From contig JBDRBN010000069.1 in assembly GCA_043822785.1 (NCBI GenBank), positions 1 to 14,769 of the forward strand: DNA of 14,769 nt. The letters are read 5' to 3'. The position numbers and the translations under genes are program-made. Positions 7,156 to 14,769 of this stretch are shown here, in pieces. The stretch comes from Pseudomonadota bacterium (GTDB taxonomy: Bacteria > UBA10199 > 2-02-FULL-44-16 > JAAZCA01). Below the pieces are notes generated by a model. It was not told where the DNA came from. It searched no databases and was given only the letters and a program-made list of their open reading frames with translations. Numbering within the stretch: position 1 is the first letter of the stretch; the number at the start of each line of letters is the position of its first letter.

Positions 7156-7338
7156 AAAGCACAAAAAAGCTCTTTGACATAATGTCTATGTTTATCAAGA
7201 TGTTATAATTTAAGAGCAATATATTACTTTTATATCTTCTTACAACGATCTGTTTTAAAGCCCTTTTTATCCGACGCGAAATTTTGCTTTGAAATTAAAA
7301 AAACCTCGTTTTTTCAAGGGATTACAAGATGAAAAATC

Positions 7339-7368
7339 TTGACTGGATGAAGGATTTGCCGTTAATTT
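7339..7368 (+). promoter_or_regulatory. Candidate dcw (mraZ) promoter
   Basis: TTGACT (7339-7344), 18-nt spacer, TAATTT (7363-7368), directly upstream of the MraZ boxes. Confidence 0.5.
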
Positions 7369-7374
7369 CCCATG

Positions 7375-7396
7375 AAGTGGGACAAAGTGGTACAAA
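7375..7396 (+). promoter_or_regulatory. MraZ-binding direct repeats
   Basis: AAGTGGGACA AAGTGGTACA: GTGG cores at a 10-nt period just upstream of mraZ, as in known MraZ operators. Confidence 0.7.
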
Positions 7397-7419
7397 TTCC
7401 TAACCAACGGGAATAGCGT

Positions 7420-7860
7420 ATGTTTCGTGGACGATATAACCATCAGATAGACGCAAAGGGCAGGCTTTCAGTTCCTTCCCGATTTCGTGAGATGCTCTCA
7501 TCAAATTTTGACGAGCGGCTCATCATCACTAATTTCGATGACTGCCTCTGGGCCTATCCCGTGCCCGAGTGGCAGGAGCTTGAGAAAAAGGTCAGCGCCC
7601 TGCCACAATTCATGGACGAGGTAAAATCACTCCAGAGGGTCTTCATATCCGCAGCTGTGGAGTGTCCCGTAGACAAGCAGGGCCGCATTCTCATACCGCC
7701 TTCGCTCCGGGATTATGCAGCGCTCTCACGCGACGCAGTTATCGTTGGTATGACCCGTCGCTTTGAGATCTGGGCAAAAGAGCGCTGGGATGAGGTTTTC
7801 AGAAGTGCACAGATAAAGTTAGAAGGAATGGGCACAAAACTCGCTGATTTAGGACTTTAA
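7420..7860 (+). CDS. mraZ: Division/cell wall cluster transcriptional repressor MraZ
   Basis: MFRGRYNHQIDAKGRLSVP and DKQGRILIP (two SpoVT/AbrB repeats); first gene of dcw. Confidence 0.97.
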   Translation: MFRGRYNHQIDAKGRLSVPSRFREMLSSNFDERLIITNFDDCLWAYPVPEWQELEKKVSALPQFMDEVKSLQRVFISAAVECPVDKQGRILIPPSLRDYAALSRDAVIVGMTRRFEIWAKERWDEVFRSAQIKLEGMGTKLADLGL

Positions 7861-7883
7861 AAGCAGCGATAAAAGCAAGGCCA

Positions 7884-7992
7884 GTCCCGATTCGGCATCA
7901 TTTTTTTCTCAAGAAAAAATGATAGACCGAATCGAGGATCCTCGATGCCGCAAACGATTTTTCCTTTGGAAAAATCGTGCGGGCATCGGGAC
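7884..7992. repeat. Branched palindromic element (four-way-junction-like)
   Basis: Outer GTCCCGAT 7884-7891 / ATCGGGAC 7985-7992; hairpin A 7888-7934; hairpin B 7943-7988; central perfect palindrome ATCGAGGATCCTCGAT 7931-7946. Confidence 0.75.
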
Positions 7993-8027
7993 AAAGCAAG
8001 CAACTTTAAATAAGGCACTGACATATC

Positions 8028-8381
8028 ATGTTTGAAGTAAAGCGATTTCATGACATCTCGGTTGTAGGAGTGGGTGGCGAGCTATCTCGCAATAATGTCG
8101 ATGTTCTCGACAGGGTCCTCCTTTCGCTTGCGCAATGCGATCAACGAAACATCGTGCTCAACTTCGAGGATCTAAGACATCTCGACTATAGGCTAGTTCA
8201 AAGGATTGCTGAGAGGATCATCGAATTTCAGTGCGATGGCGGAGATCTCAGAATGGCAGCAGCAAGCGGTTACGTAAGGCATATTTTCGAAGCCATGGGC
8301 CTTGATGAAGAGATCTACGCTTCTGTGGAAGACGCACTCTTAAGTTTTGTTGGCGATGTTCCTGACGGGGATCCTCAATGA
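8028..8381 (+). CDS. STAS-domain (anti-sigma-factor antagonist-like) protein
   Basis: 117 aa with STAS pattern V.GEL...IVLNFEDLRHLD...GGDLRM...VRHIFEAMGL...IYASVEDAL; ATGA overlap with rsmH. Confidence 0.85.
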   Translation: MFEVKRFHDISVVGVGGELSRNNVDVLDRVLLSLAQCDQRNIVLNFEDLRHLDYRLVQRIAERIIEFQCDGGDLRMAAASGYVRHIFEAMGLDEEIYASVEDALLSFVGDVPDGDPQ

Positions 8382-9295
8382 GACAAGATGTGCCTGTGGA
8401 ACCCCGAAAAGATTTCTTTCATCTGCCTGTGATGGCAGGCGAGGTCGTAGCTGCGCTTGGTCTTAAGCCTGGCAATACGGTCATCGACACAACTCTGGGA
8501 GGAGGAGGACACGCCGCGCTTATCCTTGAGGCCATCTCACCTTCCGGAAAGCTCATTGGCATCGATCAAGATAAAGACGCGCTTAGCGCCGCTCAAAAAA
8601 AACTCTCGTGGGCGTCTGGCAGAGTGACGTTCGTTCACGGAAAAATGGGCGATATCAAAAAAATTCTCAGGCAGCTAGGCGTAACATCCGCAGATGGCAT
8701 CATCGCTGATTTGGGCGTGTCGAGCTTTCAGCTTAATAGCGCAGATCGCGGTTTCAGCTTTCGAGGCGACGGGCCGCTCGACATGCGAATGGATAAAAGC
8801 AGCGGAAGGAGCGCACAAGAGTTACTAAGCGAAATAGAGGAAGAGGAGCTCGCGCTGCTTATTAAAAATTTTGGCGAAGAGCGTCATGCACGAAGAATTG
8901 CAAAGGCGCTCGCAGGCAAAAAAGACATTAAAACGACAGCACAGCTTGCTCAGGCAGTGACGGATGTCATGCCCAAGCACAAAGGGCCATCTCGCATTCA
9001 TCCTGCCACGCGCGTATTCCAGGCTCTTAGGATCGCTGTGAACGATGAGCTTGGTGAACTGACGCGCTTATTAAAAGACGCGCCTACAGCGCTTACGCCT
9101 GGTGGCAGGCTCGTGGTTATAAGCTACCACTCGCTCGAAGATCGAATGGTGAAGAGGGCATTTAGGGATTTGGCAGGCACTAAAGAATTCTCGCTTCCTC
9201 ATCGAAGAGTGAAGACGCCTTCGGATGAGGAGATTTTTAAAAACCCCAGGGCGCGCAGCGCAAAGATGCGCACCCTAGAAAGGGTGAAGCGATGA
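8378..9295 (+). CDS. rsmH: 16S rRNA m4C1402 methyltransferase RsmH (MraW)
   Basis: HLPVM, DTTLGGGGHA, DLGVSSFQL, RGFSF, PLDMRMD, FQALRIAVN, HSLEDR and NPRARSAKMR. Confidence 0.97.
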   Translation: MRQDVPVEPRKDFFHLPVMAGEVVAALGLKPGNTVIDTTLGGGGHAALILEAISPSGKLIGIDQDKDALSAAQKKLSWASGRVTFVHGKMGDIKKILRQLGVTSADGIIADLGVSSFQLNSADRGFSFRGDGPLDMRMDKSSGRSAQELLSEIEEEELALLIKNFGEERHARRIAKALAGKKDIKTTAQLAQAVTDVMPKHKGPSRIHPATRVFQALRIAVNDELGELTRLLKDAPTALTPGGRLVVISYHSLEDRMVKRAFRDLAGTKEFSLPHRRVKTPSDEEIFKNPRARSAKMRTLERVKR

Positions 9296-9654
9296 ACACA
9301 GTGCCTATGATAAGCGCTGTGAGGCGCCAGCCCATAGCCAAGAAAAAAGCTCAAGCTGGCCGCAGATATTTGCGCCAAGCCATGTCGCTTCTGGCAGTGG
9401 GAGTTCTGGTTGCCCTATTTCTGGTATGGGCGCGCCTTCAGGTGATTCAGCTCGGATATGAGGTAAGCCGCATAAGAAAGGAAACAACTGAGCTCGCGCA
9501 ACAGAGAGATCTTTTGGAGGCTGAAGTCGCAACGCTCAAATCTCCAAAACGGCTTACCGAGATAGCGACCGAGCGTTTTGGAATGCGCCTGCCCATGGGC
9601 GATGAAGTGGTAATATTAAGGAAGGCACCCAATAGTGCGGATGCTGCTAACTAA
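9292..9654 (+). CDS. ftsL: Cell division protein FtsL
   Basis: Basic N-terminus, single TM helix, coiled coil ending LKSPKRLTEIA...GM..P; lies between rsmH and ftsI. Confidence 0.9.
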   Translation: MNTVPMISAVRRQPIAKKKAQAGRRYLRQAMSLLAVGVLVALFLVWARLQVIQLGYEVSRIRKETTELAQQRDLLEAEVATLKSPKRLTEIATERFGMRLPMGDEVVILRKAPNSADAAN

Positions 9655-9668
9655 ACTATAATTAAGAT

Positions 9669-9697
9669 TGGTTACTGATTACTGGTCACTAAATTAT
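9669..9697 (+). repeat. Partial copy of the 4014-4085 heptamer element
   Basis: TGGTTACTGATTACTGGTCACTAAATTAT matches 4057-4085 at 28 of 29 positions. Confidence 0.85.
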
Positions 9698-11705
9698 GCC
9701 TAAGTTTCGTACAGCAGAAAAAAACGATAACACGCGAAGCGTTAAGCGCATCTACGCTGTAGCAGCATTGTTCGCGTGCTGCTTCGGCATACTCATAAGC
9801 CGTGCAGTCGCATTTCATATAAAGGACAACGATAATCTGGAGAGGGTTGCGCTAAGGCAATATAGAACTGCCGTTAGAGAAAGTTCCAGGCGTGGAAAAA
9901 TCTTAGACGCCGCAGGTAGAGAGATGGCTATCGACACAACATCAGAATCCATTTTTGGGAATCCTCAAAAGATCGAAAATTCAGTGATGGCAAGCGAAAA
10001 GCTGTCAAAGGCCTTAAACGTAGACCGTTCAAAGCTTTTGGACAAGTTTTCAAGCCGCAGAAAGTTCGTGTGGGTCAAGCGCAGAGCAGAGGATAACGAG
10101 GTTAAGGCTGTAAAGGAACTCGACATAAAAGGTGTGTACTCCATGCGCGAGAGCCAGCGCTCCTATCCTAACGGCACGGTCGGAGCAACTATCTTAGGCG
10201 CTGTGGGCTATGAAGCTGAGCCCCTGGGAGGCATCGAGCTCTACTACGATGACACGCTCTCAGCGAACCTGCGCTCAGGTGATGTAAAAAGAGATGCTAG
10301 AGGCCATCTGTTTTTGTCGCCAGTTGATGAAGAGGATTCAGCAGATCTCAAGAATATCGAACTCACGATCGATAAGACGTTGCAGTACATAGCAGACAAC
10401 GCGCTAGCCAAAGGTGTGAATACAGCTCATGCAAAAGGAGGCGAAGCTGTAGTCGTGGATGTAAACACTGGAGCCATTTTGGCCATGTCAAACATCCCCA
10501 CGTTTGATCCAAATAAGTACACGCAGTATCCCCTCTCTCATTGGAGAAACAGCGCCATCGTCGAGCCACACGAACCGGGTTCCACGTTTAAGGTAATTAC
10601 AGCTGCTGCCGCGCTAGACTCAGGAGTAACCACTGGTGACGCTGTATTGGACTGCGAAGGCGGCAAGATAAAAATAGGCAACAATGTCATACGGGATGCT
10701 CATCCCCACGATGAGCTCACAGTCGCGGATATAATAAAGATGTCCAGCAACATTGGCGCATATAAGATAGCACAGAAGATAGGCCCTAAAGAGCTCTATG
10801 AATCCATAAAGAGATTTGGATTTGGCAAGAAGAGCGGAATAGATCTTCCTGGAGAAACAGCTGGCATCCTAGCCCATCATAAAAAATGGTCTCCAGTTCA
10901 GTTCGCAACCATAGCGTTTGGCCAAGGAATATCTGCCACATCCCTTCAGATGACTATGGCGTTTGCAGCTATCGCAAACAACGGAAAACTTCTCAGGCCA
11001 TACGTGGTGGGCCGCATAACAGACGAAAATGGCAATACCATCTCTGTCACCAAAACAGAGGTGATAGGACATCCTATAAATAAGAGAACATCTCAAATCA
11101 TGACCCAGCTTCTTACAAGGGTAGTGGAAAAAGGCGGAACAGGAGTGCTTGCTGCAAGCTACGATTACCCTGTTGCAGGCAAAACAGGAACCGCGCAGAA
11201 AGTAAATCCCCGCACAGGCACTTATGCAAAGGGTAAATATTTTGCTTCGTTTGTGGGCTTCGCTCCTGCCAATGACCCACGCATCGTGGTCTTTGTGGGC
11301 ATAGATGAACCGCGCGGCGACTACTACGGAGGCCAGGTAGCAGCTCCAGTGTTCAAGAACATAGTGGAGCAAGCGCTTCGTTACCTGAAAGTGCCTGCAA
11401 CGCTCGTTGCCAAATCGAGTTCAGCAAAATCTGCAGAGCTTCCGCCAACAAAGGACATGGCAGAGTTACCAGTGATCGTATCCAAATCTGACGAAGATAA
11501 ACAGGTGGTAAAGCATGAAGAAGGCTCCTGGCGTCTTCCAGATCTTACAGGGCTCACCATGAGAGGCGTGCTGGCTGCATCGGGTGATGCAGATATCGAA
11601 TGGAACTTCATGGGCACAGGCATTGCTGTAAGGCAGATGCCTGCGCCAGAAAGCTTGGTCACAGCTGGAGAGCGATGCGTGGTTGAGTTCAGACCTATGA
11701 TGTGA
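9696..11705 (+). CDS. ftsI: Class B PBP FtsI (PBP3) with C-terminal PASTA domain
   Basis: N-terminal TM, RGKILD, R.YP.G, EPGSTFK (SxxK), SSN and KTGT; C-terminal LPDLTGLT...GTGIAVRQMP PASTA-like domain. Confidence 0.95.
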   Translation: MPKFRTAEKNDNTRSVKRIYAVAALFACCFGILISRAVAFHIKDNDNLERVALRQYRTAVRESSRRGKILDAAGREMAIDTTSESIFGNPQKIENSVMASEKLSKALNVDRSKLLDKFSSRRKFVWVKRRAEDNEVKAVKELDIKGVYSMRESQRSYPNGTVGATILGAVGYEAEPLGGIELYYDDTLSANLRSGDVKRDARGHLFLSPVDEEDSADLKNIELTIDKTLQYIADNALAKGVNTAHAKGGEAVVVDVNTGAILAMSNIPTFDPNKYTQYPLSHWRNSAIVEPHEPGSTFKVITAAAALDSGVTTGDAVLDCEGGKIKIGNNVIRDAHPHDELTVADIIKMSSNIGAYKIAQKIGPKELYESIKRFGFGKKSGIDLPGETAGILAHHKKWSPVQFATIAFGQGISATSLQMTMAFAAIANNGKLLRPYVVGRITDENGNTISVTKTEVIGHPINKRTSQIMTQLLTRVVEKGGTGVLAASYDYPVAGKTGTAQKVNPRTGTYAKGKYFASFVGFAPANDPRIVVFVGIDEPRGDYYGGQVAAPVFKNIVEQALRYLKVPATLVAKSSSAKSAELPPTKDMAELPVIVSKSDEDKQVVKHEEGSWRLPDLTGLTMRGVLAASGDADIEWNFMGTGIAVRQMPAPESLVTAGERCVVEFRPMM

Positions 11706-11711
11706 GGAAGT

Positions 11712-13238
11712 ATGTTGCTTTCAGATCTCATAAAGGAAATCGAAGTGAAGGAGTTGCACGGTCCTTCAAAGATTGATGTGCGCTCACTCGCCTATGATGC
11801 GTCCCAAGCCGGGCCTGGCTCCTGCTTTGTGGCTATCAAGGGAACAAGAAGCGATGGTCATGATTTTGCCCTGCACGCTGTTCATGCAGGAGCAACCGTG
11901 GTGGTAAGCGAAAAACCGATCTTGCTAAAAGATGGCGTGACAAACGTCTTGGTAGAAGATTCAAGGCGAGCTCTCGGAATCATGTCATCTCACATGTTCT
12001 GCGATCCATCCAGGGACATGAAACTCGTGGGCGTAACCGGCACAAACGGCAAGACCACCACCACCTATCTCATCGAATCGATCTTCAAGGCAGCAGGGCT
12101 AAACCCTGGAGTGATCGGCACAGTGGAATATCGCTACAACAGCACGGTGCTGCCAGCGCCCCACACCACCCCTCAATCGCTCGACTTGCACAAGCTTCTG
12201 GCACAGATGCAGAGCGCTGGATGCGACAGCTGCGCTATGGAGGTGAGCTCTCACGCGCTTTCACAGCAGAGGGTGGCGGGCACAAGCTTCGATGCAGCGG
12301 TGTTTACAAATCTTACTCCAGAACACTTGGATTACCACGATGACATGGACCACTACTTTGAGGCAAAGGCCATTTTGTTTGAGAAGCTTCTCTCCGAAGG
12401 AGGAAAATCAGAAGCATGTGCAATAATAAATATTGATGATCCATATGGCAGGGATCTGATGAAGCGATGCAAGGTTCCAATATATTCGTTTGGCATGGAG
12501 CGCACAGCCGATGTGACGTGCCAAGATCTCACTTTTGACACATCAGGTATCTGCATGAACGTGGCCACGCCAGCTGGATCGTTCCCATGCAGGACAAAGC
12601 TCTGCGGAAGATTCAATGCACAAAACGTCTTAGCAGCTGTCGCTGCTTCGCTCTCCATGGGCTTTGATCTGGAATCCATCAAAAATGGAGTGGAACGCGT
12701 GAATGTAGTTCCAGGACGGTTCGAGCCCGTTTCAAACAAAAAAGGCGTGCTCGCGCTGGTCGACTATTCGCACACGCCCGATGCATTGGAAAAAGCGTTG
12801 ACCCACGCAAAAGAACTTCTCGAAAATTCGTCAGGCCGGCTCATCGCTGTTTTTGGCTGTGGCGGCGATCGTGATAGAAAAAAGCGTCCTCTCATGGGCA
12901 AAGTTGCCGCAACGACCGCAGATATCGTTATAGTCACGAGCGACAACCCTCGCACCGAGGATCCTGAAAGCATCATCCATGAAATATTGCCAGGCATCAT
13001 CAAGAACATGAAACCGCTATTGGATAGAAAAGGGTACGAGATCATAATCGATCGTCGCGAAGCCATAGCATATGCTGCATCCATTGCCCAAGAAGGAGAT
13101 GTGCTTGTCGTGGCTGGCAAAGGACATGAGGATTACCAGATACTAGGAACCAAAAAAGTACACTTCGATGATCGCGAAGTGCTTTCAGAACTGCTAGCAA
13201 GCAACGCCAGCAACGCGAGAAAGGTCAGCAACGTTTAA
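11712..13238 (+). CDS. murE: UDP-MurNAc-L-Ala-D-Glu:meso-DAP ligase MurE
   Basis: GVTGTNGKTT, MEVSSH, FTNLT.EHLDYH, DYSHTPD, FGCGGDRD, DNPR (DAP specificity) and GKGHE. Confidence 0.97.
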   Translation: MLLSDLIKEIEVKELHGPSKIDVRSLAYDASQAGPGSCFVAIKGTRSDGHDFALHAVHAGATVVVSEKPILLKDGVTNVLVEDSRRALGIMSSHMFCDPSRDMKLVGVTGTNGKTTTTYLIESIFKAAGLNPGVIGTVEYRYNSTVLPAPHTTPQSLDLHKLLAQMQSAGCDSCAMEVSSHALSQQRVAGTSFDAAVFTNLTPEHLDYHDDMDHYFEAKAILFEKLLSEGGKSEACAIINIDDPYGRDLMKRCKVPIYSFGMERTADVTCQDLTFDTSGICMNVATPAGSFPCRTKLCGRFNAQNVLAAVAASLSMGFDLESIKNGVERVNVVPGRFEPVSNKKGVLALVDYSHTPDALEKALTHAKELLENSSGRLIAVFGCGGDRDRKKRPLMGKVAATTADIVIVTSDNPRTEDPESIIHEILPGIIKNMKPLLDRKGYEIIIDRREAIAYAASIAQEGDVLVVAGKGHEDYQILGTKKVHFDDREVLSELLASNASNARKVSNV

Positions 13239-13244
13239 AACAAT

Positions 13245-14633
13245 ATGCAGTTTTGTCTAGGTGACATAGCCAGAGTTACTGGCGGACGGATACTTAGCGG
13301 AAGCGAAGAGCTTTCTTTTACCTCTATAGGAATAGACACGAGAAAGCTTAAGAGGGGCGATCTCTTTGTAGCAATACCTGGTCTTCATTTTGACGGGCAC
13401 GACTTCATAGGCGATGCACAAGCTGCAGGCGCAGCCGCTTTGCTGATGAAAAAGGGCACATCAGCGCCTGAAGGCATTGGCGCCATAGAAGTCGATGATA
13501 CTGTGTGTGCGCTGGGCGATATCGCGTCATGGTGGCGAGAGAAGTTCAAAGTTCCCTGTGTAGCCATCACAGGCAGCAACGGTAAATCCACCACCAAAGA
13601 GATGGCTGCTGCCATAGCACACACCATGGGCCCGGTGCTCAAGACAGAGGGTAACTTTAACAACCTCATCGGCCTTCCCCTTACTGTATTCCGATGGGAT
13701 GATTTGCACCGCGTCTCCATTTTGGAGATGGGAATGAATGCCCCTGGAGAGATAAGAAGGCTTACCCAAATAGCACGCCCTGACATAGGGCTCATAACAA
13801 ACGTGACTGCAGCGCACTTGGAAAAACTTCACACAGTAGAAGCGGTTGCTCGCGCAAAGGGCGAGCTGTTTGAAGCTATGGATAGCCGAGGAATCGCTAT
13901 CATCAATGCAGAGGACCGTTGGGTAAGGCAGATGGCATCCATGCATGCTGGAGAAAAGATCTTCTTTGGCATGCAAAACAACTGCGACGTCAAGTTCTTA
14001 CATATGGAGACTAACGGTCTGGATAAGATAGATCTTACGTTGGCAATAAGAGATCGCGAATACAAAGCGCGCCTTCCAGTACCTGGAGCACACAACGTGA
14101 TGAACGCATTGGCTGCTGTGGCTGTGGGAGTAGCACTAGGCGTTGATGAAGGCGAGGCAGTAAACAGGCTTTCAGACTTTCACCCAATGGCCATGCGCTT
14201 TGAGAGAATGCAGCTGGCAAATGGCGCCAGAGTGGTTAACGATTCCTACAACGCTAATCCAGAATCCATGCGAGCAGCTTTTAGAACCGTTGGCGCAGCA
14301 AAGCGTTCAGGAAGATTTATCGCTGCGTTAGGAGATATGCTCGAGCTTGGCGATAAATCCGGCGAACTGCACCAAACCATAGGCAAGGACGCAGAAAGCT
14401 TAGGAGTAAACGAGCTCTTTCTTCTGGGCGATTATGCAACCGACGTTGCTAAAGGCGCTACTGATTCTGGCATGTCAGAATCCTCAGTGCACATATGTGA
14501 GGATGCAGACCAACTAGTGCGTTTGGTAGAAATAGAGCTGAAAGCAGGCGATGTGCTTTTGGTAAAGGGATCACGTGGCATGCATATGGAAGTACTCGTG
14601 GAACACTTAAAGAAGGAAATAGGAACAGGATAG
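13245..14633 (+). CDS. murF: UDP-MurNAc-tripeptide:D-Ala-D-Ala ligase MurF
   Basis: AITGSNGKST, GNFNNLIGLPLT, LEMGMN, NDSYNANPESM, GDMLELG and LVKGSRG. Confidence 0.97.
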   Translation: MQFCLGDIARVTGGRILSGSEELSFTSIGIDTRKLKRGDLFVAIPGLHFDGHDFIGDAQAAGAAALLMKKGTSAPEGIGAIEVDDTVCALGDIASWWREKFKVPCVAITGSNGKSTTKEMAAAIAHTMGPVLKTEGNFNNLIGLPLTVFRWDDLHRVSILEMGMNAPGEIRRLTQIARPDIGLITNVTAAHLEKLHTVEAVARAKGELFEAMDSRGIAIINAEDRWVRQMASMHAGEKIFFGMQNNCDVKFLHMETNGLDKIDLTLAIRDREYKARLPVPGAHNVMNALAAVAVGVALGVDEGEAVNRLSDFHPMAMRFERMQLANGARVVNDSYNANPESMRAAFRTVGAAKRSGRFIAALGDMLELGDKSGELHQTIGKDAESLGVNELFLLGDYATDVAKGATDSGMSESSVHICEDADQLVRLVEIELKAGDVLLVKGSRGMHMEVLVEHLKKEIGTG

Positions 14634-14643
14634 TGTATTACAA

Positions 14644-14769
14644 GGATTTGGTGCTGAATTTAAAAATTCAAAATTCTAAGCACGAAATCCTAAACAAATA
14701 TGAAATTCAAAATTCAAATGTTCTAAACAAAACCAATTATTGCTGAATTGTTGTTTTGAATTTTGAAAT
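14644..14769. repeat. AT-rich heptamer fold-back array downstream of murF (truncated by window end)
   Basis: AAAATTC AAAATTC TAAGCAC GAAATCC TAAACAA ... GAAATTC AAAATTC, then reverse units TTTTGAA TTTTGAA; 14644-14661 pairs approximately with 14671-14690. Confidence 0.75.

Noticed and set aside
7174..7209. TTGACA...TATAAT as a consensus sigma-70 promoter
   Set aside because: The spacer is 24 nt. TGTTATAAT could still act as an extended -10, but nothing else supports it.
10363..14220. Antisense and alternate-frame ORFs over ftsI, murE and murF (and over other genes)
   Set aside because: Shadow ORFs of well-supported genes with no independent features.

Overview
Bacterial chromosomal window, probably from a deltaproteobacterium-like lineage (inferred from gene content and order). 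It carries a polyprenyl diphosphate synthase, a sigma-54-promoted two-gene unit (67-aa unknown protein + comEA), an LD-carboxypeptidase/serine-hydrolase operon, a nitroreductase, two convergent CPBP (CAAX/Abi) protease paralogues, and the start of the dcw cluster (mraZ, an inserted STAS gene, rsmH, ftsL, ftsI, murE, murF). Most of the unexplained signal is intergenic: two adjacent rod-like hairpins (about 316 and 255 bp) with shared ATTAGC...GCTAAT ends, three heptamer fold-back repeat arrays plus a near-identical 29-bp partial copy, a branched palindrome between mraZ and the STAS gene, and a parS-like site upstream of mraZ. All calls come from reading the sequence; no searches or folding programs were run.
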